64,000 bases of DNA from an uncultured Bacteroidaceae bacterium (GCA_944321635.1 CALULY010000003.1:14399-78398), one strand, 5' to 3'. Shown: positions 19,412-30,635, counted from the first letter of the stretch. The notes: generated by a model from the letters alone, not told the origin. A program made the numbers and translations.

Positions 19412-20074
19412 TCATTTGAATGCCCTCACCGTCACGCCGGTCGCGGCGACATACCTTTCCAGCAACGCGGCCAGTTCATTAGCCGCCTCTGAAGGTGTAC
19501 CACCGCCATAGCTGTTGACGATGATCAGGACATGGTGTGTTGCAAGGTCTATTTTTGTGCGCTCGTTGTCGCTTGTAGGAGTGCCTATTCCCCCGATGCT
19601 GTCGCGGTAGACGGGCAAATGGCCAATGTTGAGCGTGCCCCGCCCTATGCCTTCGTAAGGCTCGCCTTCGTCGCCAATGCCGAGGACAAGGGATGTCCCG
19701 GCAATCTTGTCGGCATCAAACCCGCCAATGGAATAGCCCGTCTCCATCGAGACAAGGTTGATCAGGTCCACTGCCGTGTTGACCCGGTACAGGTCCATGC
19801 CACGCAACACCCTGCGGCACAAGGCCTCGGATGACGGACGGTAGCGGCTCGGATCCTTGCCCAATGCTTTGTAGGCGGCACGGGTCGCCTTGATGGCAGG
19901 CATATCCTTTATGGAATCCACCGTGTAGGCGGCGCGATAGGCCTCCACCCTCGCATCAATCTCCTGCCACAGACGCCCGTCAGACGGCGTATTGGTGATT
20001 GCCGCCTCGACTGCCGCACCGGAAAATGCGGTGCAGATCCGCTTGAAATCTTCAGAAACGCTTATATCTACCAT
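19412..20074 (-). CDS. B3/B4 tRNA-binding domain protein (PheT-related)
   Basis: Size and the motifs ATRAAYKALGKDPSRYRPSSEAL and VNTAVDLINLVS are typical of stand-alone B3/4 domain proteins. Confidence 0.75.
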   Translation of the reverse strand: MVDISVSEDFKRICTAFSGAAVEAAITNTPSDGRLWQEIDARVEAYRAAYTVDSIKDMPAIKATRAAYKALGKDPSRYRPSSEALCRRVLRGMDLYRVNTAVDLINLVSMETGYSIGGFDADKIAGTSLVLGIGDEGEPYEGIGRGTLNIGHLPVYRDSIGGIGTPTSDNERTKIDLATHHVLIIVNSYGGGTPSEAANELAALLERYVAATGVTVRAFK

Positions 20075-20083
20075 ATATATTAT

Positions 20084-20884
20084 TCAAAGGAGCATTATGC
20101 CTGACAGCATCCTTCCTGAGGCGATGCCAAGCCTCCTGGCTGAAAAGTATGTCCCGTAGTTGCCGTAAGTGCAGATGCCCGAGGCAAAGATGTTCTCCCT
20201 CTTGAGCCCTTCGGCAATGAGCAAACGGGCGTTGGCCTCGGGGAGGTCGATGTGCCATTTGCAAGTAGCAGGGTCGCGCACTGCAATTGCCGGCATCTCA
20301 AATCCCGCCCTGGCGAAGGCATCATAGACCTCATCGCCCACCTCAAACGCCCGCAACGAGATGGAAGGCGGCATATAGACCTTGACACCGCCGAGGGCGC
20401 AACCATAGACATCGGCCATCATCCTGACGGCACTGCGGGCAATGCCTGCCACAGTGCCGCGCCACCCGGCGTGGATGGCGGCGACAACACCATCAGGTGA
20501 GTAGGCCAGCAAAGGCACGCAATCGGCTGTCGAGACAGCGATGCAGACATCTCTGACCGAAGTCACGATGGCATCGATGCCGTCAAGCAGATTGGCCATG
20601 CCTTCATCACTGAGTCCAAGGTCATCAGACCGCAAGTCCAGCACCTTGTCGCCGTGCACTTGGCGCGGCAACAACAGGCGGGATGGACGATGTGGCAGGG
20701 CGGAAATGAGCCTTGCCCTGTTTGCCATCACGTTGTCAATGCTGTCCCCGCAGTAATGGGTGCAATTCATCGACGCGTATGCCCCGGTGCTGCATCCACC
20801 CTCACGCTTGGTGTAAAACGAAAAGACACGGCCGTCGCCATCCAAAGGCAGGCACTCGACGACAAAGGGGCTACTTGCCACCAT
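20084..20884 (-). CDS. pgeF: Peptidoglycan editing factor PgeF (YfiH/laccase-domain, DUF152)
   Basis: TADCVPL and HAGWRG motifs. Start uncertain: ATGs at 20884, 20893, 20902 and 20959 all overlap the obg 3' end. Confidence 0.8.
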   Translation of the reverse strand: MVASSPFVVECLPLDGDGRVFSFYTKREGGCSTGAYASMNCTHYCGDSIDNVMANRARLISALPHRPSRLLLPRQVHGDKVLDLRSDDLGLSDEGMANLLDGIDAIVTSVRDVCIAVSTADCVPLLAYSPDGVVAAIHAGWRGTVAGIARSAVRMMADVYGCALGGVKVYMPPSISLRAFEVGDEVYDAFARAGFEMPAIAVRDPATCKWHIDLPEANARLLIAEGLKRENIFASGICTYGNYGTYFSARRLGIASGRMLSGIMLL

Positions 20885-22055
20885 CGTCGTCATCCTCCTC
20901 ATCGTCGATGTACTCGAAGTCAAAGTCCTCGTCAAGTTCCTCGTCTTCGTCGTCGGCATCGACCGGAGTTATGTCAATGTCCTCACCCTCCTCGCGCAGT
21001 TCCTCTTCAAGATGCAGCTTGTTGCGGTGGACGATGGCATCGACTGACGATGACAGTTTGTTGCTCTCCTCATTCAATTCGCGCCAGAGCAGGTCTTTCA
21101 ATTCCAAAAGCCCTTGCCCTGTGAAAGAAGAGATGAACACATGGGGGATTGGCGGCAAGTGCTGCTCCATCTCCTCCATTAGTTCCGCGTCAAGCATATC
21201 GGTCTTGGTGACGGCAAGCACGCGGCGCTTGTCGAGAAGTTCGGGATTGAAATTGGTTATCTCCCTCATCAGGATGTCAAACTCGGCTTGTATGTCAATC
21301 GTGTCCGCCGGAATCATGAACAGCAACAAGGAGTTCCTCTCGATGTGCCGCAAGAAACGCAGGCCAAGTCCTTTGCCCTCGCTCGCCCCTTCGATGATGC
21401 CGGGGATGTCTGCCATCACAAAAGATTTGCCGTCCCTGTAAGGCACTATCCCCAAGTTGGGTTCAAGCGTCGTGAACGGATAGTCGGCAATCTTTGGCTT
21501 GGCCGCCGAGAGCTTGGACAGCAACGTCGATTTGCCTGCATTGGGGAAACCGACGAGACCTACGTCGGCCAGCAGCTTGAGTTCCATCACAACGGTCAGT
21601 TCCACAGCAGGCTCGCCCGGCTGTGCGAAACGTGGTGCCTGGCGTGTCGGTGTCTTGAAGTGCCAGTTCCCCAGGCCGCCGCGACCACCCCGCATGAGGA
21701 TGACCTCTTGGCCGTGCTCCGTCACGTCGCAGATGTAATCCCCCGTCTCGGCGTTGTAGACCACCGTGCCGCATGGCACATCGACATAGACGTCATCGCC
21801 GTCCTTGCCAAAACAACGGTTTGCACCCCCGTTGCCGCCATTGCCTGCAAAGATGTGCCTCTGGTAGCGCAAGTGCAGCAACGTCCAGTAGTTGCGGTTG
21901 CCCCGCAGTATGACGTGACCGCCGCGTCCCCCATCGCCACCGTCAGGACCGCCGTTGGGGATGTACTTGGAGCGGCGCATGTGGGCAGAACCACGGCCGC
22001 CCTTGCCGGAGCGGCAGTAGATCTTTACGTAATCAACGAAATTAGATTCAGCCAT
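20871..22055 (-). CDS. obgE: GTPase ObgE/CgtA with an acidic C-terminal tail
   Basis: N-terminal Gly-rich Obg fold ([11 protein letters not shown]), G1 motif GFPNAGKST, and the tail [29 protein letters not shown]. Confidence 0.95.
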   Translation of the reverse strand: MAESNFVDYVKIYCRSGKGGRGSAHMRRSKYIPNGGPDGGDGGRGGHVILRGNRNYWTLLHLRYQRHIFAGNGGNGGANRCFGKDGDDVYVDVPCGTVVYNAETGDYICDVTEHGQEVILMRGGRGGLGNWHFKTPTRQAPRFAQPGEPAVELTVVMELKLLADVGLVGFPNAGKSTLLSKLSAAKPKIADYPFTTLEPNLGIVPYRDGKSFVMADIPGIIEGASEGKGLGLRFLRHIERNSLLLFMIPADTIDIQAEFDILMREITNFNPELLDKRRVLAVTKTDMLDAELMEEMEQHLPPIPHVFISSFTGQGLLELKDLLWRELNEESNKLSSSVDAIVHRNKLHLEEELREEGEDIDITPVDADDEDEELDEDFDFEYIDDEEDDDDGGK

Positions 22056-22117
22056 ATTTATAAGAAAAGCCTTGCAATCCCCTATGCGGGGAGGGCAAGG
22101 CTCGGATGGTTCATGTT

Positions 22118-22687
22118 TTACAATTTGGAGATGACAGCGGCAATCTCGTTGAAGATGTCATCGAGCGCGCCGACACCGTTGATGTGGTTGTACAGACCCT
22201 CGGTCTTGTAGTAGTCCTTGAGCGGCGATGTCTGCTCGTTGTAGACGACGAGCCGCTTCTTGATCGTCTCAAGGTTGTCATCCGCGCGGCCGGCATCCTG
22301 CCCCCTCTTGATGAGGCGGTCGATCAGTTCGGCTTCGGGCACATCCAGGTCAAGCATCGCAGAGACCTGCTGCCCGCGCTCGGCGAGCATCTTCTTGAGA
22401 GCCTCGGCCTGCGGGATGGTGCGCGGGAAGCCGTCGAAGATCACCCCCTTGGAATCCTTCAGGCCGTCCAGCACGCTGGCCAGGATGTCTATTATCAACG
22501 CGTCGGGCAACAACTGCCCTTGGTCGATGTATCCCTTGGCAACCTTGCCAAGCTCGGTGCCGTTCTTGATCTCATTCCTCAACACGTCGCCCGTGGAGAT
22601 GTGGTTGACGCCGAACCTCTCGACGATCATCGCGCTTTGAGTGCCTTTGCCCGACCCCGGTGCGCCGAAAATCACAATGTTAAGCAT
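22118..22687 (-). CDS. adk: Adenylate kinase
   Basis: [11 protein letters not shown]-loop. 189 aa (short form without a zinc lid). Confidence 0.95.
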   Translation of the reverse strand: MLNIVIFGAPGSGKGTQSAMIVERFGVNHISTGDVLRNEIKNGTELGKVAKGYIDQGQLLPDALIIDILASVLDGLKDSKGVIFDGFPRTIPQAEALKKMLAERGQQVSAMLDLDVPEAELIDRLIKRGQDAGRADDNLETIKKRLVVYNEQTSPLKDYYKTEGLYNHINGVGALDDIFNEIAAVISKL

Positions 22688-22707
22688 ATCGTTCTTGATT
22701 GTTTGGT

Positions 22708-23241
22708 TTATTCCAACGTGTAGATGGACGGGAGGTTACGCCCCGCACCGTCATAGTCGAGGCCGTAGCCCACGATGAAGTCGTTGGGGATCTCCATCGC
22801 CACGTAATCGACGTGCAGGTCCACCTTGAGCTTCTCGGGCTTGACCAGCAGCGAGCATATCTTGACATCCTTGGGCTCATGCTCCCTTATCAGGTCCAGG
22901 AGGTGCAACATTGTCAGGCCACTGTCCACAATGTCCTCGACGATGACGACATTCCGCCCGCGCAGGCTGTCCGACAGCCCGATGAGTTGCCTGACATCGC
23001 CGGTTGACTGGGTGCCATTGTAGGACGAGAGCTTGACAAATGAGATTTCGCACGGGATGGAAACCCGTTTCATAAGGTCGGCGGCGAACATGAACGCGCC
23101 GTTGAGCACGCAAAGGAAGATTGGGTTTGCCCCGTCCATGTCACGATTGATCTCGGCGGCCACCCTGTCAACCTCCCGGAGTATGTCCGATTCAGGGATT
23201 GACATCCTGAAAGATTTGCCATTGACTGTTACCCTGTCCAT
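22708..23241 (-). CDS. hpt: Hypoxanthine phosphoribosyltransferase
   Basis: PRPP-binding motif VVIVEDIVDSGLT. 177 aa. Confidence 0.9.
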   Translation of the reverse strand: MDRVTVNGKSFRMSIPESDILREVDRVAAEINRDMDGANPIFLCVLNGAFMFAADLMKRVSIPCEISFVKLSSYNGTQSTGDVRQLIGLSDSLRGRNVVIVEDIVDSGLTMLHLLDLIREHEPKDVKICSLLVKPEKLKVDLHVDYVAMEIPNDFIVGYGLDYDGAGRNLPSIYTLE

Positions 23242-23357
23242 AAAATATCACTTTTTGTGTGGCAAAAGTAAGCATTTAAAACGTTATGCCAACCATTATG
23301 TGGCTAAAGTGGCAGGGAACGAGCCGCGCCTGTGGCTGACGACGTGGCCGATGATGC

Positions 23358-23578
23358 CTGGCATGAACTTCACCAGGGTCTGACATAAAACCGACCCGGG
23401 TCTGGCATAAAGTTCGTTTCCTCCGTACATAAAGTAAAAACAAAACTTTTGAATATATAAACAGAACTTTTGTTTATATAAACAGAAGTTTTGAATATAT
23501 AAACAAAACTTCTGAATATACTTTATGTACGGGGGAAACGAACTTTATGCCAGACCCGGATGAAGTTTATGCCCTGCC
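23358..23578 (+). repeat. F1 repeat copy C (best preserved; inner module 23428-23527, ~40-bp terminal inverted repeats 23395-23435 / 23520-23559)
   Basis: CCCGGGTCTGGCATAAAGTTCGTTTCCTCCGTACATAAAGT ... ACTTTATGTACGGGGGAAACGAACTTTATGCCAGACCCGG flank the 4 x 21 bp core. Confidence 0.95.
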
Positions 23579-23633
23579 CCATCGTCCTTGTCCTCTGGCC
23601 CGACTGCGCGGGATAGCCAGGAGGCGCGGGGCG

Positions 23634-23678
23634 AACAAAAGCCGTGGCGGCTCCACAACTCAGTGAAACCGCCACGGC
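23634..23678 (-). terminator. Rho-independent terminator downstream of ilvE
   Basis: Perfect 10-bp stem GCCGTGGCGG / CCGCCACGGC, followed on the minus strand by TTTTGTT. Confidence 0.7.
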
Positions 23679-23784
23679 GTCAAAGGGAATCCCTTGGTTC
23701 AAAGTGGAAACGAGGCCACGTTTTTTGATGATCCGTCATCCGTTCCCGAAGGCCTTGCACCAAGGATGCAGCGTTGCCGACGGG

Positions 23785-24804
23785 TCAATCGACGTAGGTT
23801 ATCCAACCGTGAGTGTCGGGCTCGTCGCCGTACTGGATGGCGCGCAGCTTGTTGTACAACTTCAGGCAGACCTTGCCCGGCTCGCCGTCCTTGCTGAAGA
23901 CGTATGACTTGTTTTCATCAATGTCGTCGATGCGTGACACGGGGCTGATGACTGCTGCCGTGCCGCACGCGCCCGCTTCGTCAAACGTAGCGAGTTCCTC
24001 GACAAGGATGTGCCTGCGCTCGACCGTCATGCCCATCTCCTCGGCAAGGGTCATCAGGCTCTTGTTGGTGATTGACGGGAGGATGGAGTCCGACTTTGGC
24101 GTGATGTAGCTGTTGCCCCTGATGCCGAAAAAGTTGGCCGGGCCGCACTCGTCAAGGTACTTCTTCTCCTTGGAGTCGAGGTAGAGGACGGCGGAGTAGC
24201 CCATCTCGTGCGCCTTCTCGCCTGCCGCGAGGCTGGCTGCATAGTTGCCCCCGACCTTGATGGTGCCTGTGCCAAGCGGCGCGACACGGTCGTACTGGCG
24301 CATGATGGCGTATGGGGTCGGCTTGAATCCTGCCTTGAAATAAGGACCAACGGGCGTGACGAATACGAGGAACATATAGTCCCGAGCCGGCTTGACACCT
24401 ACCTGCGCCGACGTGCCGATGAGCAACGGACGGATGTAGAGCGACGCACCGCTCTGGTATGGTGGCACGAAGCGTTCATTGAGCTTGACGACCTTGAGGA
24501 CGGCTTCCTCAAACTTTTCGACTGGAAGCTGCGCCATCATGATGCCACGGCTGGAAGATTGCATACGCTCGGCATTGTCGCGCATACGGAAGATGCGGAC
24601 GCGACCGTCCTTGCCGCGGAACGCCTTCATGCCCTCAAACGCCTCTTGGCCATAGTGGAGACAGGTCGCCGCCATGTGGATGTTGATGTATTCGCTGCTT
24701 GACACCTCGAGTTCGCCCCAGACACCGTTCTTGCACACGCAACGCACGTTGTAGTCTGTCGGCATATAGCCGAATGTCAGGTCTGACCAGTTGATTTGTT
24801 CCAT
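23785..24804 (-). CDS. ilvE: Branched-chain amino acid aminotransferase (class IV)
   Basis: 339 aa. YGQEAFEGMKAF, IRPLLIG and GGNYAASL motifs of the BCAT family. Confidence 0.9.
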   Translation of the reverse strand: MEQINWSDLTFGYMPTDYNVRCVCKNGVWGELEVSSSEYINIHMAATCLHYGQEAFEGMKAFRGKDGRVRIFRMRDNAERMQSSSRGIMMAQLPVEKFEEAVLKVVKLNERFVPPYQSGASLYIRPLLIGTSAQVGVKPARDYMFLVFVTPVGPYFKAGFKPTPYAIMRQYDRVAPLGTGTIKVGGNYAASLAAGEKAHEMGYSAVLYLDSKEKKYLDECGPANFFGIRGNSYITPKSDSILPSITNKSLMTLAEEMGMTVERRHILVEELATFDEAGACGTAAVISPVSRIDDIDENKSYVFSKDGEPGKVCLKLYNKLRAIQYGDEPDTHGWITYVD

Positions 24805-24848
24805 AATAATTATATTTAAGAATTAATGGTTTTAATTGCTATTGCGAA

Positions 24849-24856
24849 CAAATGTA
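24849..24856 (-). promoter_or_regulatory. -7 box TACATTTG (minus strand) upstream of ilvE
   Basis: Exact TAnnTTTG match 44 nt upstream of the ilvE ATG. Confidence 0.45.
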
Positions 24857-24899
24857 GGCAATTATTTGAATGCCCGCCCACCATCATTCACAAAATGTG

Positions 24900-25112
24900 T
24901 CATTCACCGGCCGGCTGCTGATTGGTGTCGAGGATTGACGCTATTTCCTCATCCACCTTGTGCAGCTTGTCGTTGCAGTAGGCAATGAGGGTCTTTGCTT
25001 CCTTGAGCACGGGGACGAGCTCATCGATGTCGAAACGGTTGTTCTCGATGCCGTCCATGATTTCTTCGAGACGCTTCATCGCGGCTCCATAGGTGATTTT
25101 GGCTGTTGTCAT
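24900..25112 (-). CDS. xseB: Exodeoxyribonuclease VII small subunit
   Basis: 70 aa. AMKRLEEIMDGIENN... helical XseB pattern. Immediately downstream of xseA. Confidence 0.85.
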   Translation of the reverse strand: MTTAKITYGAAMKRLEEIMDGIENNRFDIDELVPVLKEAKTLIAYCNDKLHKVDEEIASILDTNQQPAGE

Positions 25113-25114
25113 TG

Positions 25115-26497
25115 CTATCGTCTGGTTTTGTTGATTGTCATTGTCGTTTTGCCGTCGGCCATCTCCACTTCGTACTCATGCCCTTCGGCCAACGCCGCGA
25201 CGGAGCGCACGGCCACCCCGCCGGTGCGGATGATCGAGAAGCCTTTGCGCAGCACGTTGGACGGCTCGGAAGCCGCCACGAGACCCGACATCAGTTGCAA
25301 CTTGCCGCGTTGGCGGTCAAGCTGTGACTTGGTGGCGAATGTGAGACGGTCGCCCATGCGGTCGAGCGTGGATGATTGCCGACCGCGCTGCACCGAGGCC
25401 AGTGCCTGCAACCTCGCCGAGAGCGCGGCAAGACGTGCAGACGATGTGTGCAGCCTCGTGCGTAGCTGACGGTCGAGACGCGCCTGGGTGCCGGCCATCC
25501 ATGCCTTGTGCGCCGACATTAGGGCGGCGGCCGCCTTGTCGAGACGGGCTGCATAGGTGCCGAGCGACAAATGCTGCCTCGCGACAGATGCGGTGATGCT
25601 GGCGGCGATTGCTGACGCTATGCCGTCAAGGCGCGTGACAAAGGCGTGGTCATGGGTGATGATGTGTTGGGCTGCGGCGGTGGGTGTCTTGACGGCGACG
25701 CACGCGACCTCATCGACGACGGTGCGGTCGCGCTCATGCCCTATGCCGGAGATGACAGGCAGAGGGTACTGAGCCACATGAAAGGCTATGTCAAACGAGT
25801 CAAATGCCGACAGGTCTGATGTAGCACCACCGCCCCTGACCATCACCACGACATCAAATTGGTCGCTGCGGGCATTGATGGCGTCGAGGGCGCTTATGAC
25901 GCTGGCCTCAACATGGTCGCCCTGCATGGCGGCGGGGAAAAGCTCTATGTGGAAAGCTATGCCGTATGGATTGTTGCGCAATTGGTCGCAAAAGTCCCCA
26001 TAGCCTGCCGCCGTCGGCGAAGAGATGACCGCTATGCGCTGCACCACGGCGGGCAATCCGAGTTCGCGGTTCATGCCGATGACACCGGCCTGCTCCAGGC
26101 GGAGCAAGACTTCCTTGCGCTTGACATAAAGGTCGCCGAGGGTATAGGCCGGGTCAATGGCAATTATGTTAAGTGAATAGCCGTAGAGTTCATGGAACTC
26201 GACCGTGACGTTGACACGCACTTTCATCCCGGCTGCTATCCCACGGCCAGTTTCTTGCATGAAGTTACGGCTAAGCCTGTTGTAAACGTTGCTCCAGATG
26301 GTTCCACGCGCTTTGGCTATGATGTTCGTCCCTTCGTCCTTCTCGATCATCTCGACGAAACAATGGCCGTTGGAGGCTGTCCGCACCTCATTCAATTCTG
26401 CTACGACCCAGTAGGATTCGGGCAAGACCTTCTTTATCCCAAAACTGACAACGGAATTGAGTTCGTACAGCGTCAAAGTTTCCCCAATGTCAATCAT
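25115..26497 (-). CDS. xseA: Exodeoxyribonuclease VII large subunit
   Basis: OB-fold N-terminus (YWVVAELNEVR...GHCFVEM), catalytic core (RGGGATSDL, GIGHERD) and coiled-coil tail. Start trimmed to the ATG at 26497, which overlaps the upstream stop by 8 nt. Confidence 0.9.
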   Translation of the reverse strand: MIDIGETLTLYELNSVVSFGIKKVLPESYWVVAELNEVRTASNGHCFVEMIEKDEGTNIIAKARGTIWSNVYNRLSRNFMQETGRGIAAGMKVRVNVTVEFHELYGYSLNIIAIDPAYTLGDLYVKRKEVLLRLEQAGVIGMNRELGLPAVVQRIAVISSPTAAGYGDFCDQLRNNPYGIAFHIELFPAAMQGDHVEASVISALDAINARSDQFDVVVMVRGGGATSDLSAFDSFDIAFHVAQYPLPVISGIGHERDRTVVDEVACVAVKTPTAAAQHIITHDHAFVTRLDGIASAIAASITASVARQHLSLGTYAARLDKAAAALMSAHKAWMAGTQARLDRQLRTRLHTSSARLAALSARLQALASVQRGRQSSTLDRMGDRLTFATKSQLDRQRGKLQLMSGLVAASEPSNVLRKGFSIIRTGGVAVRSVAALAEGHEYEVEMADGKTTMTINKTRR

Positions 26498-28097
26498 AAA
26501 GCAAGGTGTTTCGAGATGAGAATGCCTTTGATGCCACCTCCACGACATAGAAGCCTTTGGGCAAAGTGTCCAATGCTACCGCTCCCGCGCCTCGTGGTTC
26601 CGCACACAACGCCAAGCGGCCGCTGATGTCATAAAGCATCACACGAGTAGTCGGGTCAGATGCAAAAGTGTCGGGAATCATGAGCCATTGCCCTTCTATC
26701 CTTGCACTATCGGCACGACTGGCGGAGATGCCGTCTGCATTGCGATTGTCAAGGTAGGCGGCATAGAAGTCTGTCACGCCATAGCCAAGCAGATTGTCCG
26801 GATTGCCATATTGGCTGGATGAGCGGCGTACGATGTCCACGAGCTTTGCCGCCGGCACATCTGGCAACGCCTCCCAAAGGCACGCGATGCCTCCTGCGAT
26901 GATCGGTGCCGAGAATGACGTTCCAGAAGCCGATGCCACCGCACCGTTACGGTTGATGGTATGCACCGTTCCTGGAGCGGCAACGTCAGGTTTTACCCTG
27001 CCATCCGCCGATGGGCCTATCGAGGAGTAAAGAGCCTTCTCACTGCTGCTGTCGGTGGCCAAGGCGGCGGCGCACAAGACATTCACGCCATCAGACGGGA
27101 CTGTGATCCTGTCCCAACTGCTGCCGCCCCCGTTCCCTGCGCTGCAAACGACAACCATTCCCCTCGTGACGGCAATGTCGGCACATCTTGACATGGTGGA
27201 TGAAGCGTCGAGGTCTTCATTAGTGATACTCGGATAGCCCTCATCCAAGAGGTTGTAACCCAAAGACACGTTGATTATGTCTGCACCAATGCTGTCCGCG
27301 TACTCTGCGGCGAATGCCCAATAGTACTGCTCGGCGGGCTGCTCGCCTTTGAGATATTCCGTTCGCAGTAAAGCATAGTCCGCCCCGGGTGCTGCCCCCA
27401 TCATCATGCCATCCACGTCTGCCGCCATGCACGCAAAAGTCTTGATGCCATGGCTGCCTATGTTGCAGACGAGGCTGTCGGCATTGTTCACAAAATCCTT
27501 GGCACAGACAATCCTGTCCTGCCATCCGCCTTGCAGCGAGTCGGCATTGCAGAAGCCGTCATCGGTCACGGCTATCATAATCCCATGCCCGGTAAAACCT
27601 TCATCGTGCAAACTCACTATGTTGTTAGTTTCAAGGACGGACCTTGACTGCCCGTAGGGGTCATCTGACCTCTCGCCGGTTATGTTCCAATCGGCAGATG
27701 CGTTGGCTGGTTCTTCTGCTTCATAAGTGCCTACGCGCTGGATACCTACGACAAAATCAAGTTTCTCTATCTCCCTGACAGCCTCATCGCCGCCGGTGAC
27801 ACCGACCATGACGGCATTTAGCCACTTGCTTTTCCCGAGCACACGCGCTGTTTCAGCTATCCTATTAATATATATGGTATATACCGGGACATCAAGCGAA
27901 TCGACCTTGATGCCCTGCCTGTCCCGCCGTGCCAATGCCCTCTCGGAAAGGAAAACCTCGGGATGCCGCACGTCAGCGGTCATTCCACCCTTGTCCCGGA
28001 GAAACACCACGTAGCGGTCTTCCACCTGAGCCCGCACTTCAACCGCAAGCACTAAGGATGCGGCCAGTAACAACAAAGCAAGAAACGACTTTCTCAT
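26490..28097 (-). CDS. S8 (subtilisin-like) serine peptidase with signal peptide and T9SS C-terminal domain
   Basis: Asp (IAVTDDGF), His (GSHG) and Ser (SGTSFSAP) triad motifs. The C-terminal ~70 aa (KGFYVVEV...) resemble a T9SS CTD. Confidence 0.85.
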   Translation of the reverse strand: MRKSFLALLLLAASLVLAVEVRAQVEDRYVVFLRDKGGMTADVRHPEVFLSERALARRDRQGIKVDSLDVPVYTIYINRIAETARVLGKSKWLNAVMVGVTGGDEAVREIEKLDFVVGIQRVGTYEAEEPANASADWNITGERSDDPYGQSRSVLETNNIVSLHDEGFTGHGIMIAVTDDGFCNADSLQGGWQDRIVCAKDFVNNADSLVCNIGSHGIKTFACMAADVDGMMMGAAPGADYALLRTEYLKGEQPAEQYYWAFAAEYADSIGADIINVSLGYNLLDEGYPSITNEDLDASSTMSRCADIAVTRGMVVVCSAGNGGGSSWDRITVPSDGVNVLCAAALATDSSSEKALYSSIGPSADGRVKPDVAAPGTVHTINRNGAVASASGTSFSAPIIAGGIACLWEALPDVPAAKLVDIVRRSSSQYGNPDNLLGYGVTDFYAAYLDNRNADGISASRADSARIEGQWLMIPDTFASDPTTRVMLYDISGRLALCAEPRGAGAVALDTLPKGFYVVEVASKAFSSRNTLLYD

Positions 28098-29197
28098 TTG
28101 AACTGCAATTTATCCATGTAGCCATCACTCAGGTACTTGCCCAGCATCCTCTGGTTGGCAATATAGACCCCGCCAAGCAATGTGTCGCCATCATAGAATA
28201 CAGCAGACTGCCCAGGCGTGACCGACTCGGCTTCTGCCAGGAATTTGACCACAATGCTTCCGTCCCCGGCATCCGCTATCCGGCAAGGGATGGGCAGGCC
28301 GCGATAGCGTATCATCACCGACAACTGCCTGTCACCGTGCAACAAAAAGTCGATGTCGCTGCTGTTGCACCGCTCGACCAACATATATTCAGCCTTCAAC
28401 CCCTCCTTGTCGCCAAGCATGACGGTGTTGGTGGCACTGTTCAACTTCAAGACGTATGCCGGTCTGCCCAAGGCGATGCCGAGACCTTTGCGCTGCCCGA
28501 TGGTGTAATAGGGCAAACCTTTGTGCATCCCAAGCTTCCTGCCATCGGGGGAGACAAACCACCCTTCCTTTATTTTCTCCGTGTCACAATGTTTTTTGAG
28601 GAAATCACGGTAATCACCAGGCACGAAACAGACCTCCATGCTCTCCTTCGCCTCTGCCTTGGCATCAAAGCCTCGGCTGCGCAAGTAGTCCCTCACCTCT
28701 TCTTTCCTGTAATTGCCCAAGGGGAAAACACAACGCCTCAGCACGCTCTCATCCAAACGCCAGAGGAAATAGGACTGGTCTTTCTTGTCATCCACCCCGC
28801 GCCTGACGTGCAAATGGCCGTTTGTCGTCACCAGACGCACATAGTGTCCCGTGGCAATCATAGCACAGTCATGTTTGTCTGCACAGTCGATGAGCAGGCG
28901 GAACTTGAAGAGCCGGTTGCACATCACGCAAGGGTTCGGGGTGCGTGCTTCGAGATATTCGTTCACAAAGTCCGCCACCACCGTCTCCTCAAACTCCTTG
29001 CGGGCATCGACGACATGGTGTTCCATCCCAAGACGTGCGGCGAGGGCTGCGGCTTCTTGCGCGACATCCGCCCCATCATCCCACACCCTCATGGTCATGC
29101 CCACTGGTTCGTAGCCTTGCTCCCTGAGCATCAGGCAAGCGGCGGTGCTGTCTATGCCGCCGCTTATGCCGATGAGCACCCTCCTATTGCTTGCCAT
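28094..29197 (-). CDS. mnmA: tRNA 2-thiouridine(34) synthase
   Basis: PP-loop motif [11 protein letters not shown]. Start trimmed to the ATG at 29197, giving 367 aa. Confidence 0.9.
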   Translation of the reverse strand: MASNRRVLIGISGGIDSTAACLMLREQGYEPVGMTMRVWDDGADVAQEAAALAARLGMEHHVVDARKEFEETVVADFVNEYLEARTPNPCVMCNRLFKFRLLIDCADKHDCAMIATGHYVRLVTTNGHLHVRRGVDDKKDQSYFLWRLDESVLRRCVFPLGNYRKEEVRDYLRSRGFDAKAEAKESMEVCFVPGDYRDFLKKHCDTEKIKEGWFVSPDGRKLGMHKGLPYYTIGQRKGLGIALGRPAYVLKLNSATNTVMLGDKEGLKAEYMLVERCNSSDIDFLLHGDRQLSVMIRYRGLPIPCRIADAGDGSIVVKFLAEAESVTPGQSAVFYDGDTLLGGVYIANQRMLGKYLSDGYMDKLQFK

Positions 29198-30635
29198 TGT
29201 CCACACGTTTGAGACCTTTGTCGGCAGCAAGGCTGGTGACATATTCCAAAGCGGCTTCACGGTTGTTTGGGATGCTCCCGTCGAGGATGGCATCCTTGAC
29301 CGCGCTGCGCAATTCGCCAACCTCACGCCCTTGTTGCAAGCCGAACATCTGCATGATGTCATTGCCATCGATGGGCAATTTGAAGTTCCTTATGTGGTCT
29401 TTCGCCTCAATGTCCTTCAGTTTCTGCCTGACGAGTTCAAAGTTGGAGTAGAACCTCCTTTTCCTTTCAGCGTTCCTCGACGTGATGTCCGCCTCGCACA
29501 ACGTCATCAAGTCATCGATGTCATCGCCCGCCTCAAAGAGCAAGCGCCTGACGGCAGAGTCCGTAACCTTGTCCTCGGACAGGACTATCGGGCGCATGTG
29601 CAGTTCGACGAGCTTTTGCACATACTTCATTTTCTCATTCAAGGGCAATTTCAACCGCTTGAATATCCCCGGCACCATCTTGGCACCAATGAAGTTGTGG
29701 TTGTGGAACGTCCAACCCACCATGTTGTCCCACCGCTTGCATTGCGGTTTGGCTATGTCGTGGAGCAGGGCAGCCCACCGCAGCCAGAGGTTGTCACTCT
29801 CCTTGGCGATGTTGTCCACCACTTGCAACGTGTGGTAGAAGTTGTCCTTGTGCCCACGCCCATTGCGTGACTCGACGCCTTGCAGGCGTTTCAACTCAGG
29901 GAAAATCTCATCCAACAGCCCCGTTTCGTCCAACAGCACAAGGCCTATGGACGGGGTGCGCGCCATCATTATCTTGTTGAACTCGTCTATGATCCGCTCC
30001 ATCGAGACGATTTCAATGCGCTTGGCATTGGTCTTGATGGCTTCAAACGCCTCGTCATCTATGTTGAAATTGAGTTGTGTTGCAAACCTCACGCACCTCA
30101 TCATGCGCAGCGGGTCGTCTGAGAATGTGACCTCGGACGGCGCGGGGGTGCGCAAAACGCGGTCTTCCAAATCAGCCAACCCGTCAAAAGGGTCAACCAG
30201 CACGCCAAAACGCTCCTTGTTGAGGCAGACGGCCAACGCGTTGACGGTGAAATCACGGCGGTACTGGTCTTCCTCCAACGTGCCGTCCTCGACGATGGGT
30301 TTGCGCGAATCGCGCTGATAGGATTCCCTGCGCGCCCCGACAAACTCCAGTTCAAGCCCTTTGTACTTGACTTGCGCCGTGCCGAAATTCTTGAAAACCG
30401 ACAGGCAAGCACCCTTGCCGAGCCTTTTGGCAAGCGTCTCTGCCATCCTTATGCCACTCCCCACCACGACAACATCTATGTCGCACGACGGGCGGCACAA
30501 GAAAATGTCACGCACATAGCCACCGACGGCATAACACTCATAACCCAGGCTGTCCGCCGTCTCTGAAATCATGGTGAAAACAGGCGAGTCAAAGGCTTTG
30601 CCTATCTTGTCAATCATCTGGTTCATCTTGCTCAT
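29184..30635 (-). CDS. CCA-adding enzyme / poly(A) polymerase-family tRNA nucleotidyltransferase with HD domain
   Basis: GGYVRD nucleotidyltransferase head, RDFTVNA, and the HD motif LLHDIAKP. Start trimmed to the ATG at 30635 (483 aa). The 150-codon upstream extension has no coding features. Confidence 0.85.
   Translation of the reverse strand: MSKMNQMIDKIGKAFDSPVFTMISETADSLGYECYAVGGYVRDIFLCRPSCDIDVVVVGSGIRMAETLAKRLGKGACLSVFKNFGTAQVKYKGLELEFVGARRESYQRDSRKPIVEDGTLEEDQYRRDFTVNALAVCLNKERFGVLVDPFDGLADLEDRVLRTPAPSEVTFSDDPLRMMRCVRFATQLNFNIDDEAFEAIKTNAKRIEIVSMERIIDEFNKIMMARTPSIGLVLLDETGLLDEIFPELKRLQGVESRNGRGHKDNFYHTLQVVDNIAKESDNLWLRWAALLHDIAKPQCKRWDNMVGWTFHNHNFIGAKMVPGIFKRLKLPLNEKMKYVQKLVELHMRPIVLSEDKVTDSAVRRLLFEAGDDIDDLMTLCEADITSRNAERKRRFYSNFELVRQKLKDIEAKDHIRNFKLPIDGNDIMQMFGLQQGREVGELRSAVKDAILDGSIPNNREAALEYVTSLAADKGLKRVDNGKQ

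Noticed and set aside
23436-23519. The F1 4 x 21 bp core as a mini CRISPR array.
   Set aside because: The units are contiguous with no unique spacers and are AT-rich 21-mers. The same four units recur at four loci, and there are no cas genes in the window.
29198-29368. Long N-terminal extensions offered by the ORF track for mnmA, the CCA-adding enzyme, pgk, recF, xseA, metH, parA, ridA and others.
   Set aside because: In each case an internal ATG coincides with the conserved family N-terminus and/or abuts the upstream gene's stop codon. The extensions overlap neighbouring genes or intergenic repeats and have no coding-like composition.
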